Source of the DNA: the human T2T-CHM13v2.0 reference genome, Homo sapiens
Direction: 5' to 3' (one strand)
Length of the DNA: 64,000 nucleotides
NCBI RefSeq assembly: GCF_009914755.1
Contig: NC_060941.1
The position numbers and the translations under genes were made by a program. Below are positions 18,960 through 33,747 of the stretch, piece after piece. Below the pieces are notes generated by a model. The model did no database searches. It was not told where the DNA came from and worked only from the letters and a program-made list of their open reading frames with translations. The first letter of the stretch is position 1, and each line of letters opens with the position of its first letter.

Positions 18960-21900
18960 ATTTAATATTTTTTATTTCAGTAGCTTCAGGGGTACAAGTG
19001 GTTTTTGGTTACATGGCTGAATTATACAGTGGTGAAGTCTGGGCTTTTAGTGTACCTGTTACCTGAATAGTATACATTGTACCCAACAGGTAGTTTTTCA
19101 TCCTTCACTTCCCTGTCCCCTCTCCACTTCTGAATCTCTACCACTCCATATGCCTTTTTGGATCCATAGCTTAGCTCCCATTTATAAATGAGAATATGTG
19201 GTATTTGGTTTTTTTGTTCCTGAGTTACTTCACTTAGGATAATGGCCTCCAGTTTCATCCAAGTTGCTGCAAAAGACATTATTTTGTTCTTTTTTATGGG
19301 TGAGTAGTATTCCGTAGTATATATACCACATTTTCTTTAACCTCTCATCAGTTGATGGGTACTTAGGTTGGTTCCATACCTTTGGTATTGTGAATTGTGC
19401 TGAGATAAACATATATGTGTAGGTTTTTTTTTTGATACAACAACTTTTTTTTCCCTTTGGGTAGATACCCAGTAGTGGGTTTGCTGGATTGAACGATAGA
19501 TCTACCTTTATTTCTTTGAGAAATCTCCATACTGTTTTCTGTGGAAATTATACTAATTTACATCATCCCATCTGCACCAACATTTATTGTTTTTTGACTT
19601 TTTAATAATGGCCATTCTGGCTGGGGTAAGGTGATATCTTATTGTGGTTTTAATTTGTATTTCCCTGGTGATTGGTGATGTTGAGCATTTTTCATGTATT
19701 TGTTGACCATTTGTATATCTTCTTTTGAGAAATATCTGTTCATGTTATTTTCCCACTTTTTAATGGGAGTACTTGTTTTTTTGCTGCTGATTTGTTTGAA
19801 TTCCTTGTAAATTCTGGATATTAGTCCTTTGTTGGATGTATAGTTTGCAAATATTTTCTCTCATTCTGTTGGTTGTCTGTTTACTGTGTTGATTATTATT
19901 TTTGCTGTGTAAGAGCTTCTGAATTTAATTAGGTCTCATTTATTTATTTTTGTTTTTGTTACATTTGCTCTTGGGGTCATAGTCATAAATTCTTTGCCTA
20001 AGCCAGTGTCCAGAAGAGTTTTTCCTAGGTAGTCTTCTAGAATTTTTATGGTTTCAGGTCTTAAATATGTAGACTTTTTTTTAGAGCAGTTTTAGGTTCA
20101 TAAAAAAAATGAGCAGAAAATAGAGAGTTACCATATACCTACTGCCCCTATACATGCACAGCTTACCCTGCTATCAACATCCTGTACCAGAGTGGTACAT
20201 TTGTTGTAATTGGTGAACCAACATTGGCACATCATTATCACTCAAAGTCCATAGTTTACATTAGAGTTCACTTTTGTTGTACATTCTATGGGTTTGAACA
20301 AATGTATTATGACATATAGTCAACATTATAGTATCATACAGAATAATCACATTGCCCTAAAATCTTCTGTGCTCTAGCTATTTACTTCTCCTTCCCCCAT
20401 CCCCTGGCAAACACTGATTTTTTACTGTCTCCATAGTTTTGCCTTTTCCAGAATGTCATATAGTTGGAATTATACAATATGGAACCATTCAGGTCGGGCT
20501 TTTTTCACTTAATGTGCATTTAAAGTTTTTAAATGTATTTTCAAGGCTTGATAGCTCACTTCTTTTTAGCACTAAATAATATCCCATTCTCTACATTTAG
20601 CACAGTTTATTTATTAATTACTGAAGGACATCTTGATTGCTTTCAAGTTTTGGCAATTATGAGTACAGCTGCAATAAACATCCAATTGTAGGTTTTTATG
20701 TGGAAATAAAGTTTCAACTTGTTAGAGTAAATACTAACAAGTGCAATAGTTGGATTGTATGGTAAAAGTATGTTTAGTTTTGTAAGAAACTGCCAAACTG
20801 TATTCCAAAGTGGTTGTACCATTTTGCATTCCCATCAGCAATGATGAGAGTTCTTGCTTCACATCCTTGCCAGCATTTGTTGTTGTCAGTGTTTTGGGTT
20901 ATTGCCATTCTTTTTTCTTAATTGAGTTTTTTATTATTATTTTAGATTGACAAATAATAATTGTGTGTATTTTGGGGGCATAATGTAGTATTTTGATCTA
21001 TGTATACATTATAGAAATATTTAATCTAGCTATTAGCATAATCATTACCAACTTTTTTTGTGGTAAGAACATAAAAAAATTTTAGTGATTTTGAAGTATA
21101 TATTATTTACTAACCATGTTCACCAATGCATTAGATCACTAAAACTTGTTCCTCCAGTCTAACTGAAACTCTGTGCCCTTTGATCAATGTCTTCCCATTC
21201 CCCATCCCTCTTCCTCCCCCAAACCTCTCCACCCCCCAGCCTCTGATAACCATCTTTCTACTCCCTGTTTCTATGAGAACAACATTTTTAGATTTCACAT
21301 GTAAGTGAGATCATACAGTGTTTGTCTTTCTGTGCCTGGCTTATTTTACTTAGCATAGTGTCTTCCAGTTCTATCCATGTTATCGTGAATGACAGTTTCC
21401 TTCTTTTTAAAGGCTGTATGGTATTCATTTGTATATATTCACCACATTTTCTTTATGTATTCATCTGTTGATGGACACTTAGGTTACTTTTATATCTTGG
21501 CTATTGTGAATAATGCTGAAATGAATATGGGAGTGCAGATATCTCTTCAACATATTAATTTCAATTCCTTTGGATATATACCCAGAAGTGGGATTGCTGG
21601 ATCACACGGTAATTCTGTTTTTAGTTTTTGAGGAACCTCCATACTGTTTTCTGGAATGGCTGTACTAACATTCATACCAACAGTGTGCAGATGTTCCCTT
21701 TTCTCCACATCCTTGCCAACACTTGTTATCCTTTGTCTTTTTGATAATAGCTGTTCTAACAGAATAGCTAACAGAATATCTAACAGAATAGTGTGAGATG
21801 ATATCTCATTGCAATTTTATTTTGCATTTCCCTAATAATTAGTGATATTGAGCATTTTTTCACAAACCTATAGGCCATTCGTATGTCTTCTTTTGAGAAT

Positions 21901-23170
21901 GTCTGTTCAGATCCTTCACACATTTTTTGATTGGATAGTTTGTTTTCTTGCTTGAGTTGAGTTCCTTATGTAATTTGGGTATAAATCCTTTATCGCCTTA
22001 ACAGATGTAAGGTTTGCAAATATTTTCTCCCTTTCTGTGGGTTGTTTCTCACCTGTTGATTGTTTCCCTTGCTGTACAGAAGCTTTTTAGTTTCATATAA
22101 TCCCATTTTCCATTTTTGCTTTTGTTGCCTGTGCTTATAGAGTCTTATCCAACAAATCATTCCCCAGACCAATGTGGTAGAGCTTTTCCCCTATCTTCTT
22201 GTAACTTTACAGTTTTAGGTCTTGTGTTTAAATCTTTAATGCATTTTAAATTGATTTTTGTATATGGTGTGAGATAATGTCCCAATTTCATTTTTCTGCA
22301 GAAGGATATCCAGTTTTCCCAATGCCATTTATTGAAGAGACTGTTCTTTCCCCATTGTGTGTACTTGGCACCTTTGTTGAAAATCAGCTGACTGTAAATA
22401 TTTGGAAAATTTCTAGGCTTCCTATCCTGTCCTATTGATTGGTGTGTCCTATTGATTGGTTATGCCAGTAACATTCTGTTTTGATTACTATAGCTTTATC
22501 ATCTGTTTTGAAATTAGGAAGTGTGATGCCTCCAACTTTGTTCTTTTTGCTTAAGATTGCTTTGGCTATATGGGGTGTTTACTGTTTCCATATGAATGTT
22601 AGGATTTTTTTATTTCTGTGAAAAATGACATCGGAATTTTGAGAGGAATTGCATTGAATCTGTAGATATCATTGGAAAGTATGGACATTTAAACAATATT
22701 AATTTTTTGAATCCATGAACTTGGGCTATTTTCTCATTTATTTGTGTCTTCTTCAGTTTCCTTTATCAAAGTTTTATAGTTTTTTTTTTGTTAAAATTTC
22801 ATCATTCTAACAGGTATGTAATGATGGTATTTCCTTTTAATTTGCAGTTCCCTAATCCCATTATAATGTTGAGCCTCTTTTCATATCATTATTTACCATG
22901 TTTCTGTGTATCTTCTTTGGTGAGGTGTCTGTTCAAGTCTTTAGCTCATTTTAAAATTGAGTTCTTTTTTATTATGTTTTAAGAGTTCTTTGTATATTTT
23001 GGATGACAGTTCTTTATAAAATATGTCTTTTGAAAACATTTTCTCCCAGTCTGTGACTTGTCCTTTCATTGTCTTGATATGGTGTCTTTCACAGAGCAGA
23101 AGCTTTAAATGAAGTTTAACTTATCGATTATTTCTTTCATGGATCATGGCTTTAGTTTGTATCTAAAATC
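18960..23170 (-). mobile_element. Nested old L1 3' fragments (L1PB/L1MA-like)
   Basis: Antisense ORF2 C-terminal peptides (MSFAATWMKLEAIILSEVTQ; WNQPKYPSTDE) and several L1 3' UTRs. Confidence 0.88.
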
Positions 23171-23285
23171 GAGTTAATGTTTATAATAAAAATACTGCTT
23201 TGCAAAGAGTATGATAAACTTTTGTATCTTTCTTGGCAAAGAGTATGATAAACTTTTGTACCTTGATGCCTTAAGAGCTAGATCC

Positions 23286-23578
23286 AGGCTGGGAGAGGTA
23301 GCTCATGCCTGTAATTCTAGCACTTTGGGAGGCTGAGGTGGGAGGACTGCTTGAGCTCAGAAGTTCGAGACCAGCCTTGGCAATGTAGGGAGACCTCGTC
23401 TCTACGAATAATAAAAAATTAGCCACGCATGATGGTGCATGTCTGTGGTCTCAGCTTCTCAGGAGGCTGAGGTGGGAGAATTGCTTGAGCCTGGGAGGTC
23501 AAGGCTGCAGTGAGCCATGATTGCACCACGGACTCCACCCTAGGCAACAAAAAGAGACCCTGTCTCAAAAAAAGAAAA
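23286..23578 (+). mobile_element. AluJ
   Basis: Sense Alu with an A tail; TSD-like ag(a/t)gctagat. Confidence 0.88.
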
Positions 23579-23848
23579 AGTGCTAGATGCAATAACTGTT
23601 AGACATATTCATAAATGATGTTCTTTTATAGCTGTATAATGCACTAAGGATAATTGGAGTTATTTAGAGTATGTACTGAATCTGGAAAAATAATACATTA
23701 GTGAGTAAAACCTTTTTCAACAAAATTCTCTTCGGTAGCACTATTTGAGAAAGAATATCAATCTAAAATGAATGATTGACCCAGAATGTCATATTTAATA
23801 TGTATGTGCAAAGAGGACATGCTTGATTGTGGCTCTTATATTCCCCAG

Positions 23849-24009
23849 GCAGAGGAAAATATTGACTTATTAGATGATGGCTCTAATTCTTTTGCAACTG
23901 ACTTGTCATCAGGAACTATTAACCACAAGAAATACATCAAGTTTTCTAAAACAATAGAGAAGGAAATTTCACCGGAAATTAGGAGTTTGAGCCCAGAATA
24001 TAAAAAAAT
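23849..24009 (+). CDS. EFCAB13: EFCAB13 coding exon, AEENIDLLDD...SPEYKK(I), 161 nt
   Basis: ttccccag acceptor, AT|GTAAGT donor, phase 0 to 2, open frame. Confidence 0.92.
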
Positions 24010-24224
24010 GTAAGTTAAAAACTCTGAACTTACTTTATTGAATTATACTTTTGCAAGTTAAGAATGCCAAAATGTAGCTGTGGCTTATGCGTTCTCATAA
24101 TGTACCATGTGTATAGGATCATGCATATTTGTGGTCATTCTTTCAGTAGCATAATTTTAACTCCTAAATAGCTGTTCTTACATTTTTTCTGACTTCTCTC
24201 ACAGCCATCTATAGGCTTCCATGT

Positions 24225-24605
24225 TGTCTAAGTTGGTTCTCACATTGTTATAAAGAACTACTTGAGACTACGTAATTTATAAATAAAAGAGGTTTAATTG
24301 CTCATGGTTCTGCAGACTTTACAGGAAGCGAGGCTGGGGAAGCCTCAGGAAACTTAGAATCATGGTGGAAGGGGAAGGGGGAGCAAGCATATCTTCACAA
24401 GGCCAGCAGGAGGGAGAGTGAAGAGGGAAGTGCCACATACTTTTAAACAAACAGATCTCATGAGAACTCACTCAGTATCATGAGAACAACAAGTGGGAAA
24501 TCTGCCCCCATGATCCAATCACTTCCTACCAGGTCTCTCCCCCAATATTGGGGATTACAATTCAACATGAGATTTAGGTAGGGACACAGAGTCAAACTAT
24601 ATCAC
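24225..24605. mobile_element. MST (MaLR) solo LTR
   Basis: ataaagaactacttgagact...cttagaatcatggtggaagg...attacaattcaacatgagattt...atatca. Confidence 0.8.
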
Positions 24606-24782
24606 ATGTGGAAGCCTATAAGTAAGCTATAAGCTAACTGGAATCATAGGATTCTAGTTAGAGGAGAACAGTTATCCATATGTCTGTTAAGTTTGTCTTA
24701 AAGAGAATTTAAGAAGGAAACAGAAGGTTCTTTCCTCTAGGCTTGGCTTTGTGTCTTCCATGAAATTAAGATATTTGAATAG

Positions 24783-25390
<608 letters not shown>

Positions 25391-25933
25391 AGCTATTTGA
25401 ATCTTTTAGCAGTTCTTTCTTGTATACTGCATTGCCTGGTTGCCTTTTGTTAGTCGTAGAAGTTCTAGCATTTTAAATGCATGTAGGAGAAATACTCAAT
25501 CTGTATTTATTATTTATAAAATGACTAAAAAATAAAAAAAAATCTAAAAGCCTCTGGGAAAACATTCAGAGCTTATGTCACTTTATCTTTAACTAAATGC
25601 TCATCTTACCTGTTGGTGAAACTGGAAATTACCTACACATTGTGATTGGAGAGGCACCTAAATAAAAATCTCCTCTACCTTCCAGAAATCTGTATTTCAC
25701 TTTTATTTAATCTAACATTTTCACCACTACTCCTGTTTGTTAGATGGCAAAAGATGAAGCAATTATTTCTAGAAGACTACAATAAAACTTGTTACCTAGG
25801 AAGAAAAGGAAGGTCGTGGGAGGTTAGGAAGAAAAGGAAGGTCGTGGGAGCATCCCTTTACCTTCTTCCATTAGCTTTCTTCAAGATAGGTTAGCACTGT
25901 GGGAAGCACATGCCTCAAAAGAATGGGGTACAG

Positions 25934-26145
25934 TGCATGTTTTCCCTTGTAAGTGGGAGCTAAACAATTCATACACATGGACATACAGAGTAGAATAATA
26001 GACATTGGGACTACAAATGTAGGAGGAGGGGTGAGGGTTGAATTTGGTGATGGGTACACTGAAAGCCTAAACTCACCACAATGCCTATGTGCATGTAAGA
26101 AATCTGCACTTGTACCCTCTAAATATATAAAAATAAAAAAAATTT
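25934..26145 (+). mobile_element. Short L1 3'-end insertion with TSD
   Basis: L1 3' UTR-like sequence flanked by aatggggtacag on both sides. Confidence 0.7.
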
Positions 26146-26261
26146 AAAAATGGGGTACAGGACAAATGTTTTTACTTATTCATTATTTATACCAAATCAT
26201 CCTTATTCTATGAAATGTGTGAAGTAGCTCATAATTAAAAAATACACTTTTGTTTACCTAA

Positions 26262-26712
26262 ATAAGGAAACTGAGGCAAAATTAATATAAGTAGAGAGTT
26301 TGTTTAGGCCCAGGTTGAGGACTGCAGCCTGGGAAACACTGGGAGGTACTCTGAAGAACAAAGGAGAGGTTCAATATTTTAAAGAAAAAAGGAACCAATC
26401 AGGAGATGGGTTGATTACAAAAGTTGTTTTTCAGGAATTCTTACTGGCTTACAGAAATAACATTGATTAGTGATTGGCTATATATTGCTGAACTGTAGCG
26501 TATGAGTTATAGTATCCAGTGTATGGCATTGTTAGGTTAATTTGTGGCTACTTGGTGACAGTCTAGAGTCCACATAGCAGGCAACTTTGAAATAATTGCT
26601 TAGCTCAAGGGGATGTGAGACAGTGACTCCTATCTCATTTTAATGCCTCTTTGGGCCTGATAATTTAAAGAGGTCTTGCATTCATCAGATTAAAAATTTA
26701 TTTTCTTTATCA
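26262..26712. mobile_element. ERV1-class solo LTR (family uncertain)
   Basis: aaactgaggcaaaattaatataagtagagagttt...gattagtgattggctata motifs; about 450 bp. Confidence 0.5.
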
Positions 26713-27938
26713 TTTTTTGAAAAAAGATGAAAGATCAAAAGTCATGTAATGGAGTGGAAGTCATGATTATATTAGAAATAAGAAGGCTCAACTTCAATAA
26801 GGATATATGGGGGATATAAAGCACCAGTAAACTGCAGGTTGTGACTCATTAATGGGTAATGGGTCATGAAATCAGGTTAGGAGGTCACTACTAGTTTTTT
26901 TTTTTTTTTTCTTTCTTGAGTCAGGAGTTTACTCTACCACCCTGGCTGGAGTGCAGTGGCATGATCGTAGCTCATCGCAGCCTGGAACTCCTGGGCTTAA
27001 GGGATTCTCCTACCTCAGACTCCTGAGTAGCTAGGATTGCAGGTGTGCACCACCACGCCTGGCTAATTTTTAAATTTTTTGGAGAGGTGAGGTCTCACTA
27101 TATTGCCCAGGCTGGTCTTGAACTCCTGGCCTGAAGCAGTCCTGCCACTTTGGCCTCCCAAAGTGCTGGGATTACAGGTGAGAGCCACTGCAGCTGGTTT
27201 ACTACTAGTTTTTTTTTTTAAATAAATAAGTTAGAATAGAATTGAAAACATTAGAGTGCTTTTTCCTCCTCCTCTCTCTCCCTTGCTTTCTATTGCACCT
27301 CTTATCTCTGTATATGTATATTGTACCTCAATAGAAAATTTACTTTTGACTGTGGGTCATAGGCAAAATAGTTGAAAGTCCTTGCTTTGAGACTAGAGGA
27401 CTGCAGAGGGATCTAATCATATGGCAGCTTCAGGGAAGTGAAGAGCAAAGTATGGGGGTTCACAGGGTATGAATTTGGGAGATTGGATTTAAAGGGATAG
27501 TGTGTCAAAAAAGCAAGATACTTTTTCTTGGAGAAATAAGTCAGTAAAAAAGAGCAGGGTACACCATAAATACATACAATTTTATTTGTCAATTAAAAAT
27601 AAATTTAAGAAACAATAAATATATATAATTTTGTCTATCAATTTAAAATAAAATAAATAAATAAAATTGGAAAAAAAGGCCAAGGTACTTGCTAAAGAAA
27701 GGGAGTGGCATGAATTATAATATATTTTTTTATGTCACAGTTTTGCTTAGGGCTGAGTTCACCTGAAGCTGTTGTAGATATAATCTAGTTAGTCACTGTC
27801 CTGATGGGTTGTTCTTGAAATTTAAGTCTACCCTAGATTACTTGAAGCACTTTCTAAGAGTATGTGTCTTCTCTTCTAAAATTTAATTCAAATGTAATTC
27901 ATAATTACATTTTATCTTATTGTTGTGTAGTTTATGGC

Positions 27939-28266
27939 AGTGGTCTCCAGACTTTTTGGCACTAGGGACCAGTTTAATGGGAGATAATTTTTCCATGGAC
28001 GAGGGGATGGGGAGGAGGCAGGGGTGGTTTCTGGATGAAACTGTTCCACCTCAGAAGATCATCAGGCATTAGTTTCTCATAAGGAGGCAAAACCTAGATC
28101 CCTTGCATGCACAGTTCACAATAGGATTTGTGTCCCTATGAGAATCTAATGCCGCTGCTGATCTGACAGGAGGTGGAGCTCAGGTGGTAATGCTTACTCG
28201 CCAGCCACTTACCTCCTACTGTGCAGACGAGTTTTGGTTCATGGGCCAGAGTTTGGGGACCCCTGG
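27939..28266. mobile_element. MER1B-like hAT element
   Basis: cagtggtctcc...tttttggcactagggaccagttt...ggggacccctg termini. Confidence 0.8.
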
Positions 28267-29414
28267 TTTGTGGAATGTTTGTGTTATGAAAGGTCTTGAG
28301 ATCGTACCACTGTGCTTTTAGCCTGGGCAACAGAGTGAGACTCCATCTCAAAAAAAAAAAAAAAAGGTTTTTGACAGTCCAATAAGAAGAGGAAAAAGGA
28401 GAAATAAGAGAAAACCAAACAATAAGAAAGAAGAATGTTGATTAAAAAGAAGTTCAGCTTCTAGTGCCCAAACTTTAATCTTGAAATACCATTTCTTATT
28501 AAAAGGCTGTTTAGAGAAATGCTGATTGCATGTCTGTGAAAGGAAATGTAAAGTAAGCCTGGAACATCTTGTCTTCCGGAGATAAGGAAACTATTAATAA
28601 AAAAGACTACTATCAGGGATTCATCAGAAGGACTCAAGAGCCTACTGGAAGAGTCTCCCACCTTTTCCTATAAAAGATGAGAAAATTAGAGCATCAATAA
28701 GTATAATAATTTCAGGGAATTAAACTGCATCAAATATATTTAAGTCTATGCGTTCAAAATGGTATAAAATTATTTTGTCATTTTTAGAGGTTATAAGTGA
28801 GCCAAGTCTTTGTTATGAAAAGTGGTAAATAAAGGAAAACAATAGAGCAATTATCTTACCTTTCTTTCTTTCTTGTTCTTTTTTTTTTTTAAAGTCAGTT
28901 GAATCTGTCTATATCTTGCCTTTCTATATGAACTGGTACCACTAGGCAACCCAATAGTACATGAGAGAAAGTGTCTATTTGTAGAAATATTCTAGCAGCC
29001 AGGCATTGTGGTGTGTGCCTATAATTCAGTACTCAGGAGGCTGAGGTGGGGCAATCACTTGAGCCTGGGAGTTTGAAACTGTAGTGTCTATTATAATCAC
29101 ACCTGTGAATAGTCACTGTACTCCAGTCTGGGCAACTTAGCAAGATTCCATCTCTACACATACAAAAAAAGAAATATTCTAGCTAATGATTGAAGGAATG
29201 ATAGATTTATAATATAACCACTTTGCAGTCTCTCATGATTTTTTATTTTTATTTTTATTTATTTATTTTTGAGACAGAGTCTTGCCCTGTCACCCAGGCT
29301 GGAGTGCAGTGATGCGATCTTGGCTCGCAACCTCTGCCTCCCAGGTTCAAGCAATTCTCCTGCCTCAGCCTCCTGAGTAGCTGGAACTACAGGCATGCAC
29401 CACCACACCTGGCT

Positions 29415-29445
<31 letters not shown>

Positions 29446-30569
29446 GTAGAGACGGGGTTTCATCATATTGTCCAGGCTAGTCCCGAACTCCCAACCTCAG
29501 GTGATTTGCCCACCTTGGCTTCCCAAAGTGCTGTGATTACAGGCATGAGCTACCATACCCAGCCAGTCTCTCATGATTTACTGGATCTATTATGTATAAG
29601 TAGCTGCTAATACCACAAATAGCCAATTGGACATTATGTGCTTCCTGATGGAATAACGTCACCACCTAGAGAGTGGTTTTGCATCTCCCTCAACTATTGA
29701 ATGTTAATATGTTCAAGCCTCTAGAATCCTACAACCGTGGTGATACAATCAGGAAAATCCTGACTGTGGAAAATCTACAGGATGAATGACCTAGTAATAA
29801 TAATTATAATGATAATAAAAGGTATAGAAGGAGAACTTATAGATGAAAAGAAGTTAAAAAGACATTTCAGTCAATTATGATGCTGGGATTTTATTGAGTC
29901 CTGATGCAAAATGTTAAAAAATTTTATGACATTTACGAGACAACTGGAAATGTGAATGGTGCCTGTATATTTGATGATATTAAGAAATTGTTAATTTTTA
30001 GCTGTCATATGGTGTTTTTTGTTTTGTTTTGTTTTTGAGATGGAGTCTTGCTGTGTCACCCAGGCTGGAGTGCAGTGGCTCAATCTCAGCTCACTTCCCA
30101 GGTTCAAGCGATTTTATGCCTCAGCCTCCTGAGTAGCTGGGACTACAGGCATGTGTCACAACGTCTGTCTATTTTTTTGGTATTTTTAGTAGAGATGGGG
30201 TTTTTCACCATGTTTGCCAGGCTCGTCTTGAACTTCTGACCTCAAGCAATCTGCCCACCTTGGCCTCCCAAAGTTCTGGGATTACAGGTGTGCACCTCCG
30301 TACCCAGCCCAATCTCTACAAAAAAAGACACCTTGTAGAGATTTCTATTAAAATCTTTACAGATGGAAATAATATACTGTGATTTATTTCAAAAATAATA
30401 AGGGATGGGAACAGGGATGGGGTATAGATGGAATAGGATTGACCACTGTTGAAACTGGGTGATGGGATTCTGTATACTTTTGTATATGTTAGAAAATTTC
30501 CATAATTAAAAGTTGAAAAGAATAAGTAAAAAGAAATTCAAGAATGATTCCAATTTCTGTGTCATTTAG

Positions 30570-30681
30570 ATTTGAAACATCAATAATCTTTTGTGGAGAA
30601 GAAAAGTCCTCTGATTTTTCAGGAGAAAAAAAAGTTGGGAGAAAGAGTTTACAAGTACAACAGCACAGTAAAAGAACTGAG
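30570..30681 (+). CDS. EFCAB13: EFCAB13 coding exon, FETSIIFCGEEK...HSKRTE, 112 nt
   Basis: gtcatttag acceptor, GAG|GTAAAT donor, phase 2 to 0. Confidence 0.92.
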
Positions 30682-32810
30682 GTAAATAAAGATTTGGAAA
30701 TTTTTCTTTTACCTTCAAATATTTTCCTTAGCCCTCAAACATTCCCTTAAATTTTTTAGTCCAAGTGTTGAAATGTCACAGTCTTAAATATCACTACCTG
30801 GTCTTGCTTCTCCTCTTCTGTTCTTAATTCTCCTTTTTCTTCTCCTTAAAAAAAAAATAGAACAAGGAATCTTTTCAGGAATTTATGAAAAATTTGTGTT
30901 TTTTCCCTATTAAACTTATTTTTTGTCTTTTTTACTGTGCTCTCTGCTAACATTTTTGCTTTTTTAACAGGAACCCTAGGTGTTCTTTGGTTTGTGGCAG
31001 CATAACTCCAATCTCTGCCTCCATCTTCCCATGAGTCTTCACATGGCCTCTTTTCCTGTGTCTGTATCTCATCTCCTTCCTTTCTCTTACAAGCACGTCT
31101 GTCATTGTATATTTCATTTCAAGATCTTAACTTGATTACATCTGCAAATACATTTTCTCCAAATAAGGTGACATTCACAGGTTTCAGATATTAGAACATG
31201 GAATATCTTTTTGTGTAGTCACTCACTATGATATACTTAGAGGTATATATCCTTTTTTCCCCTCTGTCTTAGTATTTGCTGTGCTTCTTAAATCTGAGAA
31301 TGCATGCCTTTCTTCAATTCTGGAAAATTCTAATATGTTATCTTTTAGATATTTCCCCTCTTTCAATCTCTTTACTGTCCCTTTGTATCTTCTGTTAGAT
31401 GTGTATTAGATTTTGTCATCCTGTTTTCTATATTCTTTAATATTGCTTCATATTTTTTGTCTATTCTGTCTCTCTATTTTGTTCTTTGTAATTTCTCCCC
31501 ATCTACTTTCTAGTTCACTTATTCTTTATCTAGCTGAATCTAATCTACAGTTTAACCTTTCCTCTGAGATTTTAATTTCAGTGATTCTATTTTTTACCTC
31601 CAGAAATTTTATTTGATGGTTCTTAAAATATGCCCTGTGTCATGTTTTTTGCTCATATTCTATAGTTATTTCAAGATTGGTATCTGATCAATTCACTGTA
31701 TGAAATTCTTGGGGGATCTAAATGTTGTGTTTGTTGTTTTGTCTGATTCTCACTCATGTTAACTTGTTCTTTGGGTGTTATATATATTTTGTACATTCTT
31801 TCATATATAGTTGATCTAAATCTGTGGGAATCTTCAGTTTGCCCTTCTTCAAGAGAATTTTTAAAAAGAAAATTTGCTTTTGTCTTTGCCATGCACTTCA
31901 GAAGTGTTACAAATCTGAGGTCATTTTAAATGAATTTTTTGGTTTCTGTTTCCCTGGCCCATATATTTAGTGTAGATTTGAGTTCCAAACTCATGTATGT
32001 AGAGTTATGATTATGACTAATCAGGAGGAATAGTCTTTCTTTTTTTCTAACCTGGAGCTGGGATAGAGACATGTTTTAATCATACTTTTTCACTGGGGAA
32101 TAAGTTTTTTCCTTCCCCACTCTTGCTGAAAACATTGTCTTTTGAAGATTTTGGTTCCGTATGGCATCTCAGTACCAATTCCTGTCAATCTTGTGTAACG
32201 TGAGAGTCTTTTTTCCACATCTTGCATGGTCATTAAAACTCAATGCTCAGGGTTCCATGTAAAAGTGAAGACACCTGTAATTAGAATTCTTATTTTTCTA
32301 AAGTGCTACTTTCCTATCCACCTAGTGCTTGCCTTTTTGGAATCATGTTTATACATGCAATCTTAAGTGGATAATTTACTCAATGATAGGGATAATCGAA
32401 AACAAAATTACCTGTATCATTTGAATAACTGTGTTGATTCTCCACATTGCACTTAAGTCAAAGCCTTTATATGTAGCCTAGAGTCTGGTGGCTGAGTCTT
32501 CTTGTTCTCTCTATACCATAGGTTTTCCCTGCTTTGTAAAACCCATTACTATATAGTTACCAAGTATTAATGACATGATTAACTGCATACTTAAGAAAAC
32601 CATGGCTTTGCAAGAGAACATTGCATAGTTTATTAAAATTTTAGTTTATATTAAATGTAATTTAATTACAAAAGGCAATTTTACACCAGAAGCATAATTA
32701 ATGAGGAGCCAAGGTATGATTAATTATCTTTTAAGAGTTGTATCATCCAAGAATGCTGAATTACCAGTGTCACTCACCTCAGGCACCAACATACTTGCAT
32801 TTGGCTCTAG

Positions 32811-32941
32811 ATTATCCCTCCTTTTCTGAAGCTGTCAAAGGAGAAGGTGACAAGGAAAGAAAACTCTTTATGCAAGTTGCCGAATCAGTACAGCGTTCAC
32901 AAGACTTCATCACCTCTTTGTACATCTTCTGCAATTACTCG
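32811..32941 (+). CDS. EFCAB13: EFCAB13 coding exon, IIPPFLKLSK...TSSAIT(R), 131 nt
   Basis: ggctctag acceptor, TCG|GTATTT donor, phase 0 to 2. Confidence 0.85.
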
Positions 32942-33664
32942 GTATTTAAATCCTTGTACTCTATTTTTTAAATGTTGGGTTCAGACTTGGGTGTTTCTCT
33001 CCAGAATCATTTATCCCTTCCACATAAAGAATATGAAGTAGTTTATGCTAATTATGCTGTTAGGATTGTGTAGAGATAAGAGCACTGTATATGGAATTGG
33101 AAGACTTAGATTTGAGTCCGATTGACCTAACATGCTTAGACTTTTGTAAAATTTACATCTCTGGGCATCACTTTCCACATCTGTATAAGGATCTTGTACT
33201 AAATGAACTCTTAAGATGTCTTCCAACACTAACATTATATGATTTCAGCAATTTACATGTTATAGTATTAGATAAATCATCTTTTCCAGACATTTTTCCT
33301 GATAGGTGATGGAATCTGAGATTCTTTGGCTGTTTAAAGATGTTCTTGTTTGCTTTATTATAATAACTTTCTTAAAAATTTGCTGTGACTTGGATTAAGA
33401 ATAGGAAAAATTGGACCACAGTCGAAGGATAGTAGGTCATGGGCACTATTTGCAGACTAGGGTGAATTCTGCTTTATAGAAAAATATCTCGAAAAGAAAT
33501 AAGGTGAGACTTCTGAAGTGAAGAATATGGAATTTTCCATAACTTGGACAGTTCTTCAAGAAAGGTTCTTATGAATCTCAGACTATTGGTAAGTTTGCTA
33601 ATATTTTAAAATGGAATTTGCATATTTTCATTGCCACTTTCTAATATGGCTGTTTCTTTGACAG

Positions 33665-33747
33665 GGAAAAGGAAATGCTGTCTAACCTCTACATGACATT
33701 ATATGATGAAGTAACCCATGGATATTTACACTCAAAAGAATTAAGTG
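33665..33747 (+). CDS. EFCAB13: EFCAB13 coding exon, EKEMLSNLYM...SKELS, 83 nt
   Basis: tttctttgacag acceptor, GTG|GTAATA donor, phase 2 to 1. Confidence 0.88.
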
